Positions 25,322-34,208 of a stretch of 39,388 nucleotides of DNA are shown in pieces. Position 1 is the first letter of the stretch, and each line of letters begins with the position of its first letter. The position numbers and the translations under genes are program-made. Below the pieces are notes generated by a model, which was given only the letters and a program-made list of their open reading frames with translations, was not told the origin of the DNA and did no database searches. This stretch comes from a virus (lineage: Duplodnaviria; Caudoviricetes). Location of the stretch: the IMG/VR virus record IMGVR_UViG_3300020045_006357, positions 1-39,388 of that record. One strand, given 5' to 3'.

Positions 25322-25519
25322 ATGACTACAAACCAACCACCCACAACGAAGCCAAAACGCGGAGCGCCTAAGAAAAAGGTGACCAAGGTTCGGCAAAATA
25401 TTTCGATCAACCCCGCCGTTCTAAAGGCTGCGCAGAAGCTGGCATGCGCCGATGGGTTGTCGCTCTCGACGTGGCTTGAACAGCTCGTGCGGGGCAAACT
25501 GGAGGAGGTGATGCCATGA
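25322..25519 (+). CDS. Ribbon-helix-helix regulator (cro position)
   Basis: RQNISIN-PAVLKAAQKLA-...-LSTWLEQLV. Confidence 0.75.
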   Translation: MTTNQPPTTKPKRGAPKKKVTKVRQNISINPAVLKAAQKLACADGLSLSTWLEQLVRGKLEEVMP

Positions 25520-25680
25520 GTGATAACGCGCTAGTATGCGTCATCGTGGCCTCATGCCTAGCTGGTTGCGCCACCTGCTCGGTATCCGGCGACATCCGAA
25601 AAACGAGGGACACCGAAATCGAATCCATCGAACGCCTCGAAATCCTGAAGGCGACAGGAAAAATGGAGGTGAAGCCATGA
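25516..25680 (+). CDS. Small putative lipoprotein (54 aa, not in ORF track)
   Basis: MSDNALVCVIVASCLAGC...; ATGA-coupled at both ends with GGAGG. Confidence 0.6.
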   Translation: MSDNALVCVIVASCLAGCATCSVSGDIRKTRDTEIESIERLEILKATGKMEVKP

Positions 25681-26219
25681 GCGCGACAGCCCCAATCACG
25701 CTCCCGACCAAGCGGCTGGAGACGCAACTCGCGGCCAAGCTCGTCAAGCTCGGCAAGTTGGAGGCTGAGATTGCCACGATTGAAACCTCCATTGCCTGCC
25801 GCGCCTGCCCGTTCATCCCCGGCGACCGGATCACGTTCCAGCGCCCAGGTGTTGATTCGCGCAAGCAGACCGGGACGGTATCCCGCATCCTATATGCTGG
25901 AGGTCGCGACCTCTGGAAGGCTGAAGTTCTTCGGGATCACGCCATCACCGCCGTGACGGTTCGGGCATTTACCAACCCTAAGCTGGTGGAGGTTTCCATG
26001 AAGGGAATTCAAGTCGGAGTGCCAACAGCCAACCGCAACGCCGTCAGGGTTCTCCTGAGCGGCACGGAAGCTGAGTCCCTGAAATGGGTCCGTCACCACG
26101 CGGAAAACGCGGAGTGGCTGAAACTGGCGATGGAGATCGAAAGGGACAAGACTGTCCGCTTTTCGTCAGTCCGCAAATTTATTCAGGCGCTTCTCTCGAA
26201 ATTGGAGGTGGCGCTGTGA
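25677..26219 (+). CDS. Hypothetical protein
   Basis: ATG 25677, coupled; CPFIPGDRI motif. Confidence 0.65.
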   Translation: MSATAPITLPTKRLETQLAAKLVKLGKLEAEIATIETSIACRACPFIPGDRITFQRPGVDSRKQTGTVSRILYAGGRDLWKAEVLRDHAITAVTVRAFTNPKLVEVSMKGIQVGVPTANRNAVRVLLSGTEAESLKWVRHHAENAEWLKLAMEIERDKTVRFSSVRKFIQALLSKLEVAL

Positions 26220-26482
26220 GCGCGCCGAACCACGGCGGGTTTGCGTTTCCGGCCCCAAACAGCGCGAACGCCAACGGGCAAGAAGGCATGACCCTCCGCG
26301 ACTGGTTCGCAGGGAAAGCGCTCGAAGGAGAGTTGGCCAGCTCGTCAACCGAGATGTCGTGCCGTGCCACTTCGGAGGCAGCGACCAGAGCGGGCAGGAC
26401 GGTCGAGAGTCATATCGCGCTCAACTGCTACAAGCTCGCCGACGCCATGCTTGCCGCCAGAAATGGAAAGGAGCCCGCATGA
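26216..26482 (+). CDS. Conserved phage protein (GGxAFP...GMTLRDWFA...ADAMLAAR family)
   Basis: Recognisable motif; GTGA-coupled start. Confidence 0.8.
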   Translation: MSAPNHGGFAFPAPNSANANGQEGMTLRDWFAGKALEGELASSSTEMSCRATSEAATRAGRTVESHIALNCYKLADAMLAARNGKEPA

Positions 26483-26952
26483 GCGCCACGACGACACTAG
26501 AGGCGCTGTGCGCGATGGTCGACGCTGTTACCGAGGGCGACGACGACAAGCTCGCAGCGGCCACCGTTGACGCGTTAGACGTGATCAACCGGGAGATGCG
26601 GGAGACGGCGAAACCGCGGTCCGTGAGCGGCTATCAAATCAAAGGGGCTGGCTCTGACGCCTACGTTGTGGACGCTGCTGGAAATGATGTTGTCGAGACG
26701 GTAAGGCTTGGCGCCGAGTATGCCGTCAAGTTCGCGGGGGATGAAATCATGCAGATTATTTGCGCCGGGTTGAACGCGACGGCGAAACCTGCGGCTCGGT
26801 ATTTCCGTGATGGCGAGACGATCTGGAGATTCCGGGGCGGTGAGGCGCATGTGCGGTGCGAGCGCTACGGCCCGCAATGGACCGGATCCGTCTGCGGAAT
26901 CGAGGATATGGATACCGAGCCAGAAATCTCAGCCGAGGAGGGCGAGCCATGA
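26479..26952 (+). CDS. Hypothetical protein
   Basis: ATG 26479 coupled, with AAGGAG. Confidence 0.65.
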   Translation: MSATTTLEALCAMVDAVTEGDDDKLAAATVDALDVINREMRETAKPRSVSGYQIKGAGSDAYVVDAAGNDVVETVRLGAEYAVKFAGDEIMQIICAGLNATAKPAARYFRDGETIWRFRGGEAHVRCERYGPQWTGSVCGIEDMDTEPEISAEEGEP

Positions 26953-27155
26953 GCGACCCGAAAGTATCAACATCCGCAGAGCTAGCCAAAGCTCTCGGGG
27001 TAAACGTCTCGACCGTAAACCGCTGGCGCAGCGAGGGCTTAATCTCCGCGAAAATCAGCCGGCCCGGATTCGTCCGCTACGACATCCCCGAGGTGATCAC
27101 TAAGCTCGCGGATTCGTCCTACGAGAAAGACCCCGGCATGGCCCCAACCCTCTAA
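26949..27155 (+). CDS. MerR-type HTH, putative excisionase
   Basis: SAELAKALGVNVSTVNRWRSEGLI...VRYDIPEV. Confidence 0.75.
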   Translation: MSDPKVSTSAELAKALGVNVSTVNRWRSEGLISAKISRPGFVRYDIPEVITKLADSSYEKDPGMAPTL

Positions 27156-27159
27156 CGAT

Positions 27160-27408
27160 ATGACACTCAAAACAGCAACCTCCTATCAATTCTGCCGCTT
27201 TGATTTCATCCATCACGAGGTGACCACATCGTATGACCCGGATTCGATGGTCGATCACGATCATTCTGCCGCCGAAGCAATCGCCGACCAGATGGAAATC
27301 GATGGATGGCGAGACGGCGCTTGCCCGCCTTGCGCTATCCGTTACGCCGCTTGCCTCCATAGCGAGCACAACGCCGACCAGGACCGAGAAATCGAGCGGT
27401 CACTCTAA
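27160..27408 (+). CDS. Hypothetical protein
   Basis: 82 aa ORF in operon, CPPC motif. Confidence 0.55.
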   Translation: MTLKTATSYQFCRFDFIHHEVTTSYDPDSMVDHDHSAAEAIADQMEIDGWRDGACPPCAIRYAACLHSEHNADQDREIERSL

Positions 27409-27444
27409 TTGAAAATATCCACCACAAAAGTCAGAACCATACCC

Positions 27445-27690
27445 ATGAACATTACCTACACTCAAGAAATCAGCAAAGAACCGCGCTGCGAAGAGCGCCG
27501 CCGCCCCGTGAAACGCTACCTCGTGCCAAATGGTCAGTGGTCGAAAGGCGCGGAATTCACGAGCAACTACCCATTTTCGGGAATGCTAATTGCCGGCACC
27601 GCGAAAGGCCAACTACCCGCGCTCCGGCGATCCGTCCGCAGCAAATACACCCCGCATGTCGGGCAGAAGCAGGCGCTCAGGAATCTCTAA
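27445..27690 (+). CDS. Basic hypothetical protein (SKYTPH motif)
   Basis: ATG 27445 after A/C-rich leader. Confidence 0.55.
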   Translation: MNITYTQEISKEPRCEERRRPVKRYLVPNGQWSKGAEFTSNYPFSGMLIAGTAKGQLPALRRSVRSKYTPHVGQKQALRNL

Positions 27691-27767
27691 GTCATGAAAC
27701 TGGCAATCGCCGCATTTCTCGGAATCAACTTCATGATCGGGCTGATTCTAATCTCGCTGTATCACCA

Positions 27768-28010
27768 ATGACGAAGCCTAGAACGCCTGAGCAAATCGAG
27801 CACAAGCGGGCGTATCACGCGACCTATCGAAATCCGACACGGATAGCTGTCAAGGCCAAGCGGAACGCGAAGAAGCTGGCTGATGCCAGGACTGAAATCC
27901 GGCGCATGAAGGCCGAGATCCAAACGCTCATCCTCCTGCGAATCCGCCCGTGTGACAACACCAAATCAGTAATCCGAAAAGTAAAAAATATAATCAAGAA
28001 ATACTCATGA
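27768..28010 (+). CDS. Basic hypothetical protein
   Basis: ATG 27768, coupled to next gene. Confidence 0.5.
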   Translation: MTKPRTPEQIEHKRAYHATYRNPTRIAVKAKRNAKKLADARTEIRRMKAEIQTLILLRIRPCDNTKSVIRKVKNIIKKYS

Positions 28011-28633
28011 AAACAACAATAGAAATCCCCGCCCACTTGCCGCAACCGCCAGCACCGCCGGAAGGCATGGAGTGGCAATATCGCGGGATGGGTTGGGAAG
28101 CTGAAAAGCCAAATTTGAACTATGCATACACTAGCTCGCACCGCGATAACTGGGTGAGCATGCTGAATGACTCAGCGACATGCGGATCCAAAGGGCGCCA
28201 CTACCTCGAAGCCGTCCCGATCGCCAAGCCGCGGTTTGTGGCGGGGGAGGACAGTTGTGGCAGCGACCGTAACTTCAACTCTTACAATGTGGATGATTTG
28301 CGACCCGAATACAGAGATGGTCGCAGCCATACTGGGCGCATCGTGATCTATAGCGACACTCCAGAACTCCGCGACCGGATCGTGTCGCTTTTGAATAACT
28401 CGCCCGAGCCTATCGAAGCTCCGCAATTCGACTGGTCCGCGCTATGGTCCGAACTGCCTAGCTGGATCGGGTGGGTTGCGATGGATGCTAATGGCACGTG
28501 GTCAGGATACACAATCAAGCCGGTTGTTCAAAGGTGCTGCTTTCTGTCGCCATCAACTGAATATGCCATCCCCGCAGAATTCGCCCCGCCAGCCGCGACC
28601 GACTGGAAAACATCACTCACCAAAAGGCCATGA
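28007..28633 (+). CDS. Hypothetical protein (WVAMDANGTW...DWKTSL family)
   Basis: 208 aa; C-terminal motif common in phage proteins. Confidence 0.7.
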   Translation: MKTTIEIPAHLPQPPAPPEGMEWQYRGMGWEAEKPNLNYAYTSSHRDNWVSMLNDSATCGSKGRHYLEAVPIAKPRFVAGEDSCGSDRNFNSYNVDDLRPEYRDGRSHTGRIVIYSDTPELRDRIVSLLNNSPEPIEAPQFDWSALWSELPSWIGWVAMDANGTWSGYTIKPVVQRCCFLSPSTEYAIPAEFAPPAATDWKTSLTKRP

Positions 28634-28788
28634 AACCATATATCTACCGCCTACCACGCCCCGCCAAACGCGGCAAAGTCCGCTGGGGCGCGCTCGCCAT
28701 CTACGCAGGCTGCCTCCTAACCATGATTGCGCTCGGGACCGCTGTCGTGCTCGCCGGATTCGCGCTCATCGAGCATTTCCTCCCATAA
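28630..28788 (+). CDS. Small membrane protein (52 aa, not in ORF track)
   Basis: Basic N-terminus plus long hydrophobic stretch; ATGA-coupled. Confidence 0.5.
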   Translation: MKPYIYRLPRPAKRGKVRWGALAIYAGCLLTMIALGTAVVLAGFALIEHFLP

Positions 28789-28806
28789 TCTCCAACTGAA
28801 ATAAAT

Positions 28807-29091
28807 ATGAACCGACAACAAGCCGCCGAACTCGCCCCGATCATGCAAGCCTTTGCCGATGGGAAGGAGGTGCAATATGTCAGCACCGCTAAAAACAAAT
28901 GGGCCGACGCACATAATCCATCTTTTGTTACATCCGTCAAATACCGCATCAAGCCCGAGCCGCGGGAGTTCTGGATTTGCTTCGATAAGGGCGGAAGCCC
29001 GATTGATAGCAGCGCGCTCAATTACGAGGTCGAGCAGTCCCCGCTTCCCGCTGGACGCCGCCAAATCCGCGTCAGCGAAATCCTCGACTAA
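28807..29091 (+). CDS. Conserved phage hypothetical (AFADGKEVQ...YRIKP)
   Basis: Recognisable motif. Confidence 0.7.
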   Translation: MNRQQAAELAPIMQAFADGKEVQYVSTAKNKWADAHNPSFVTSVKYRIKPEPREFWICFDKGGSPIDSSALNYEVEQSPLPAGRRQIRVSEILD

Positions 29092-29108
29092 CCCCAACCG
29101 AAACCAAA

Positions 29109-30236
29109 ATGAATACACAACCAATCACCGCCGAGACCGTGGAATTTGAAATCGTTCTCGCTGATATTAAACAAGTATCAACCGAGCTATCCGTTCCATC
29201 CGACAAGGCGTCAGCGCTTTTCGTCCCATTTGTCGAACCATTCAAGGTCGCCGCGGCACTACTCGCCAAGGAGTCCGAAGCACTATCATCCGCCGAAGCC
29301 CGCGCACTCCGACTGCAAATGGTGAAGGCAAGAACGTCGATCACTGCAACCAAGGATGAATCCAAAAGTGACATTAAGCTCTCCGGCAATATCATCGACT
29401 GGTTCCACAACAAGGGGCGTGACCGGCTCGCGGCAGCAGAAGCTCGGCTGATGAAAATCGAAAAGGAGGAAGAGCGCGCCGAAACTGCTCGCGTCCAGGC
29501 CCTGAAAGACGAACGCGCCGAGGCGCTGGCAACGATCGAACATGAGCACTTCGGCGCTAACCTGGGCATGATGAGCGCCGAGCAATGGGGGGCATATCAC
29601 CAGCAGGCCAAGGACGCTTTCCTTGCCCGCCGTGAGCGTGAGGCCAAGGCAAAAGTCGAAGCTGAAGCCGCGGCCAAAAAGGAAGCGGAAGAGCGTGAGG
29701 CGCAACGGATGGAAAATATCCGGCTGCGGGATGAGCGCGACAAGGCGCTCGCCGAAGCTCGGAAGAAAGAAGCTGCCGCCGCAAGGGCTGCGGAAATCGC
29801 CCGCCAACAAGCCGACATCGAGCTGATGAAGGAGCGGGAAGCCGCCAGAATCGAGCGCGAGAAAATCGAAGCTGCTGCCGCCGAGGATCGCCGCAAAGCC
29901 ATCGAGGCCGCGGCTATCGAGACCCGTAAGCGTGAAGCCGCGGAAGCTGCCGCAAAGGCTGAGAATGCCAAGCTGGAAGCTGAGGCAAAGGCACTGCGAG
30001 ACGCTGAGGCAAAGCGCATCGCTGACGAAAAAGCGGAAGCCGAAGCTAAGGCCGAAGCAGAAAAGAAAGCCGCAGCCGCGCCTGACAAGGCAAAGCTGAT
30101 GGAGTTCGCCGTCAAGGTCCGCTCGCTGGTTGTTCCGCTGGCCAAATCCGAAGCAGGGCAAGCCGTCGCCGCTGAAATCAACAAGAAGGTCGAAGGCTTC
30201 GCCAAATGGATCAAAGCCCAAGCCGCAACTCTCTAA
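29109..30236 (+). CDS. Long Ala/Glu/Lys coiled-coil protein in recombination module
   Basis: 375 aa; AAAAPDKAKL C-terminal motif. Confidence 0.75.
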   Translation: MNTQPITAETVEFEIVLADIKQVSTELSVPSDKASALFVPFVEPFKVAAALLAKESEALSSAEARALRLQMVKARTSITATKDESKSDIKLSGNIIDWFHNKGRDRLAAAEARLMKIEKEEERAETARVQALKDERAEALATIEHEHFGANLGMMSAEQWGAYHQQAKDAFLARREREAKAKVEAEAAAKKEAEEREAQRMENIRLRDERDKALAEARKKEAAAARAAEIARQQADIELMKEREAARIEREKIEAAAAEDRRKAIEAAAIETRKREAAEAAAKAENAKLEAEAKALRDAEAKRIADEKAEAEAKAEAEKKAAAAPDKAKLMEFAVKVRSLVVPLAKSEAGQAVAAEINKKVEGFAKWIKAQAATL

Positions 30237-30253
30237 CCCCAACCACCGAAAAT

Positions 30254-31111
30254 ATGAGTAATCCAACAGACGTTGAAATCGTCACGGACACAAGCGCGCT
30301 TGGCCAAATCGAACGGGCGCAAATCGACATGCAAATCGCTACGGCTCGCCGATATCCGCGCCAGCTCTCACTCGTCAAGCAGCGCATGCTATCATTCGCC
30401 ACGTTGGACGAGGAGACGGCAAGCGGATGTTTTTACACGCTTCCGGGGCGCAAGGGCGGCGACGGGAAGCTGATTCAAGGGCCATCCGTTCGACTCGCCG
30501 AAATCGCGCTCTCATGCTACCAGCATTTGCGTGCAGGAAGCCGCATCATCGAAGACGACGGCAAATTCATTACCGCGCAAGGCGTGGTTCATGACCTCGA
30601 AAATAACGTGGTGATTTCCATCGAAGTGAAGCGCCGAGTGACCACTAAGATGGGCCAGCGATTCGGCGACGACATGATTGCGACCACGGGAAATGCGGCA
30701 TGCTCAATCGCTCTCCGCAACGCAGCCTTTCGGGTCATCCCAATGGCGCTCGTCAAGCCGGTTTACGAGGCAGCGAAGAGTCTGGCGATCGGTGACGCGA
30801 AAAGCCTGGTGCAGCGACGTTCCGCCAGCATCGACCATTTCGGGAAAATGGGAATCTCGAAGGATGAGGTTTGCGCGTCAATCGGGGTCCGCAGCGTCGA
30901 TGATATCCAGCTTGATCATATCGAGATCCTGATGGGTTACGCCACCGCGATCAAGGACGGCGATGCCACGGTTGATGATGTTTTCAGGTCGAAGCCGGCG
31001 GACAATAACCCGATGAAGAGCCGCTATGAAAAACCAGAGCAATCGCCAGGGGATCCGCCGCAATCGCCGGTTGAGGTATCCGAGGAATCCACGGGAAAGG
31101 AGATCGCATGA
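30254..31111 (+). CDS. Putative single-strand annealing/recombination protein
   Basis: QIDMQIATARRYPR and GPSVRLAE motifs; near YqaJ exonuclease. Confidence 0.6.
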   Translation: MSNPTDVEIVTDTSALGQIERAQIDMQIATARRYPRQLSLVKQRMLSFATLDEETASGCFYTLPGRKGGDGKLIQGPSVRLAEIALSCYQHLRAGSRIIEDDGKFITAQGVVHDLENNVVISIEVKRRVTTKMGQRFGDDMIATTGNAACSIALRNAAFRVIPMALVKPVYEAAKSLAIGDAKSLVQRRSASIDHFGKMGISKDEVCASIGVRSVDDIQLDHIEILMGYATAIKDGDATVDDVFRSKPADNNPMKSRYEKPEQSPGDPPQSPVEVSEESTGKEIA

Positions 31112-31335
31112 TCACCCCGAACTTCGGAGATGAAGGGCCGGCCAATAGCTTCGGAGACCCGCCGTTCTTACTCCAACAGATCATCGATGCAGATAAATCC
31201 GCGGAGCGCTTCGAGGCTGCCAACTCGGCAATGAACGCCATCATCGCCCACTCTGGCCCAATCAATCCATCGGAGACGGTCGCAACGTTAGCCGTCAGAT
31301 TCGCCGACGCGCTCCTTGCGGAACTCAAAAAATAA
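31108..31335 (+). CDS. Hypothetical protein (AVRFADALLAEL)
   Basis: 75 aa, coupled. Confidence 0.6.
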   Translation: MITPNFGDEGPANSFGDPPFLLQQIIDADKSAERFEAANSAMNAIIAHSGPINPSETVATLAVRFADALLAELKK

Positions 31336-31342
31336 CCCTCAT

Positions 31343-31367
31343 CCGGGGTCCGATCCTCCGGTTTTTT
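31343..31367 (+). terminator. Terminator with T-loop-like loop
   Basis: CCGGGG-TCCGATC-CTCCGG-TTTTTT. Confidence 0.65.
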
Positions 31368-31372
31368 AACCA

Positions 31373-31612
31373 ATGAAACAAATCGTAAACTACCAAGAGA
31401 AAAACGGGGTATTCAGCATTGACTGCCCGACCTGCCCGCTAATTCCAGTATTTGAGGCGCTGGGGCAGAAGCCGACCGCATGCGTCGCCGGAATGGTCAC
31501 CAACATGCAAGGGCATATGCCGATTCATACTTGCAAGCACTATCAAAAAAACAGCATTGCAAACGAGCCCGAAAAGAAGCTGTCAATCCAATGCGGAAAG
31601 GAGATCTCTTGA
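31373..31612 (+). CDS. Cys-rich hypothetical protein
   Basis: 79 aa, CPTC and further Cys. Confidence 0.55.
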   Translation: MKQIVNYQEKNGVFSIDCPTCPLIPVFEALGQKPTACVAGMVTNMQGHMPIHTCKHYQKNSIANEPEKKLSIQCGKEIS

Positions 31613-32433
31613 AAATTCACAATTTCCCGCAAGGATCGCCTAAATGGATGGAAATCCGCAACGAAAACTTCACCGCGTCAGAACTCGGGCAGTTCGCGCT
31701 CGATCCAGTCCGGGTTACGCTAACCGTCGATCAAATCAAGGTGGAACTCGACAAATGGGAAATCCCGCGCAAGGGGTTAACCAAGCGCGAGGACCTGCTT
31801 GCCAAGCTGCCGGATCATGGCCGCTATTCCTCGCTATGCGACGGCGCGCGAACCGCGATCATCAAGAAAATCGTCGCCGGCCAAACCAAGGACGCGTGGC
31901 AAATCCAGATGGACGACAAGCGCGAAAAGCAGTTCGAAAACATGATCCCAATTCAGCGCGGGAACTATCTGGAACCGCAAGCGCGGGAGCTATATGAGCG
32001 GCTGACGGGCTACTGTGTGACGCAGGTCGGTTTCATCGAACACGATTCAGGCGGGTTTGGATGCTCGCCGGATGGGTTGATTCGCGGCAGAGTTTGGAAG
32101 AAAAAGCGTGGGCGGTTGAGATTTCGAAATCGGGCAATTAAACACGGCCTCGAAATCAAATGCCCGATGCCGGAAACGCATATTGACTGGCTACTCGACG
32201 GCGTTCTGCCAGAATGCCACTCCTTGCAATGCCACGCCGGCATGGCGGTCACTGGGCTGGACCGCTGGGATTTCCTCAGCTACTGCCCAGGCGACGCGCC
32301 GCTGCTGATCGAAGTCTATCGGGACGAGACAACCGAGAAGCTGGAAGCGGGGCTGAAGGTCATGGTCGCCGAAAAGGCAAAGATGCTGGCGAGGCTTTCC
32401 GCGCTGGCTGCGAAGGCGGGAGGTATCGCATGA
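31609..32433 (+). CDS. YqaJ/lambda-exonuclease family nuclease
   Basis: QGSPKW, TASE, RGNYLEPQAR, GCSPDGL, LEIKCP; TTG start 31609 inferred. Confidence 0.9.
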   Translation: MKIHNFPQGSPKWMEIRNENFTASELGQFALDPVRVTLTVDQIKVELDKWEIPRKGLTKREDLLAKLPDHGRYSSLCDGARTAIIKKIVAGQTKDAWQIQMDDKREKQFENMIPIQRGNYLEPQARELYERLTGYCVTQVGFIEHDSGGFGCSPDGLIRGRVWKKKRGRLRFRNRAIKHGLEIKCPMPETHIDWLLDGVLPECHSLQCHAGMAVTGLDRWDFLSYCPGDAPLLIEVYRDETTEKLEAGLKVMVAEKAKMLARLSALAAKAGGIA

Positions 32434-32696
32434 GCGCGCGCACTCCGGGGCCTTGGGCGTGGAATACATCAACCGACATTTACGAGAAAGACACCGGGTT
32501 TACGGTGATCGAGATCGCCAACAAACCAAAGATCGAGGACGCCCGCCTAATCGCCGCCGCTCCTGAGCTGCTGGAAGCTCTCGAAATGCTTATGCCGCTT
32601 GAGCCGTCCCGATACGAGTCTGAATCATACGGCCGCGACATGTGGCAAAACGCCAGTGACGCCATCGCCAAAGCTACCGGGAAGGAGCCTGCATGA
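32430..32696 (+). CDS. Conserved phage protein (TPGPW...ARLIAAAPELLEAL)
   Basis: Recognisable motif; coupled start. Confidence 0.8.
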   Translation: MSARTPGPWAWNTSTDIYEKDTGFTVIEIANKPKIEDARLIAAAPELLEALEMLMPLEPSRYESESYGRDMWQNASDAIAKATGKEPA

Positions 32697-32842
32697 GCGC
32701 GCCAACCAACATTATCCAATTTCCGGCAATCACCAACTGCCCGGACTGCCGCGGCAAGGGAATCGTCACCGGCTGGACCGGCAAAATCAAATCCGAACAC
32801 AAATGCCCGCGCTGCAAAGGCGCTGGGAAACTTAGAATCTAA
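32693..32842 (+). CDS. Small CxxCxGxG zinc-finger protein (49 aa, not in ORF track)
   Basis: CPDCRGKG and CPRCKGAG; ATGA-coupled. Confidence 0.7.
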   Translation: MSAPTNIIQFPAITNCPDCRGKGIVTGWTGKIKSEHKCPRCKGAGKLRI

Positions 32843-32845
32843 TCA

Positions 32846-33079
32846 ATGACAACAACTATCTCGATATATCACGCGCTGGACGCTGACGCAGTCAAACGCG
32901 AAAATACTCAGGACGAAATCGCCGATTTCATCATGGAATTAGACTCGGCGGTAGCGGAATCAGACTTCACTGAAAAACTGATTCTCGACCTTGCCAAATC
33001 GCTATCCGGCGACGCGAAGACGTCCGACATGGCTCGCATTGCCGATAGAATCGCAAGCATGGAGGGATACGCACCATGA
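32846..33079 (+). CDS. Hypothetical acidic protein
   Basis: 77 aa ORF. Confidence 0.6.
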   Translation: MTTTISIYHALDADAVKRENTQDEIADFIMELDSAVAESDFTEKLILDLAKSLSGDAKTSDMARIADRIASMEGYAP

Positions 33080-33393
33080 AAACAATCTCCGCGTCGAGTG
33101 ACGCGAAAGAAGCCCCGCCCGCGCATCTTATGCAGCCGTCTCAGGTTACCTCCCACGGGTTGTCTGAGGCGGCAGCGGGCGGGGCATATTCTCCAAGAAA
33201 ATCAGCACTAGAGCGCCTAGCTGAAGCGCTCGGAGTGCCAGCCGACGAACTGCGGGAGTGTGCAATCTCAATCCGAAATGAACGACTGAACGCAAAGAAT
33301 CCCGGATCATGCCAGCATGACTGGCGCATGTCATGGCCGCTCGATCCGGTGGAATACACCTGCGAGAAATGCGGCGAGAAAACCCTAAAATAA
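33076..33393 (+). CDS. Hypothetical protein with HTH-like segment and C-terminal CxH...CxxC
   Basis: LERLAEALGVPADEL, CQHDW, CEKCG; 5' part overlaps a strong hairpin. Confidence 0.55.
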   Translation: MKTISASSDAKEAPPAHLMQPSQVTSHGLSEAAAGGAYSPRKSALERLAEALGVPADELRECAISIRNERLNAKNPGSCQHDWRMSWPLDPVEYTCEKCGEKTLK

Positions 33394-33411
33394 CCCTCAA
33401 CCTCTGAAACC

Positions 33412-33732
33412 ATGCTAGACCAACAACTACAAGCCGCCGCAAAACTCGGCATAACCACAATCACCCAGCTCCGATGCCTTCTCAGCCTATGCGAAGCCCC
33501 AAAAGGCGGGAGCACCGCTAAGGAAATCTCGGAAGTAATCGGGACCTATCCAGAGCGGGCGCATTCCGCGTTTCGGATGCTTAAAAGCAAGGGGTTGGTG
33601 TCTATCGGATCCCGAGAGGTTCAGCACACCGCTGCGGCGTTTCACTTTACGAGGGAAATCATGGTCGCTGAGGTGACCGATGCCGGGCGGAATGCTCTTA
33701 GGTCTGCTGAAGACGGAAGGGGGGATGCGTGA
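33412..33732 (+). CDS. Winged-helix (MarR-like) DNA-binding protein
   Basis: TITQLRCL...TAKEISEVIG...LKSKGLV...VTDAGR. Confidence 0.7.
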   Translation: MLDQQLQAAAKLGITTITQLRCLLSLCEAPKGGSTAKEISEVIGTYPERAHSAFRMLKSKGLVSIGSREVQHTAAAFHFTREIMVAEVTDAGRNALRSAEDGRGDA

Positions 33733-34193
33733 GACCAACGACAATCATTGGCATTGATCCAGGCAAGGGGGGCGGAATCTCATGGATCGGAGAGGAAAGC
33801 ATGAGGGCGGAAAAGATGCCGGAAACCATATCGGATCTATGGGAACTGATTTCCAGCATCGTCCAGCACACGGCGCAGATTTACCGGCATACCGAGTGCA
33901 AGGCGTATCTTGAGCAGGTGTCAGCAATGAGAGGGCAAGGCGTGACAAGCTGCTTCACTTTCGGCAATGGGTTCGGGCATCTTGAGATGGCGCTAACTGC
34001 CGCCGGAATCCCATTCGAGCGAGTCCGTCCGCAGAAGTGGCAAAGGGCCATGGAGTGTCTCACCGGAGGCGACAAGAACGTGTCCAAGCGCCGCGCCCAG
34101 GAGCTATTCCCTGCGATTAAATGCACTCATGCAATTTCCGACAGTCTTCTTATAGCCGAATTCGGCAGACGCCAAAATCAACCAAATATCTAA
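33729..34193 (+). CDS. RuvC-like Holliday junction resolvase
   Basis: IIGIDPG, YLEQV, FTFG, VRPQKWQ, SDSLLIA. Confidence 0.88.
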   Translation: MRPTTIIGIDPGKGGGISWIGEESMRAEKMPETISDLWELISSIVQHTAQIYRHTECKAYLEQVSAMRGQGVTSCFTFGNGFGHLEMALTAAGIPFERVRPQKWQRAMECLTGGDKNVSKRRAQELFPAIKCTHAISDSLLIAEFGRRQNQPNI

Positions 34194-34208
34194 TCAACAA
34201 ACACAATC

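Noticed and set aside
29286-30266. 326-aa and 205-aa minus-strand ORFs
   Set aside because: Shadows of the low-complexity Ala/Glu/Lys coiled-coil gene
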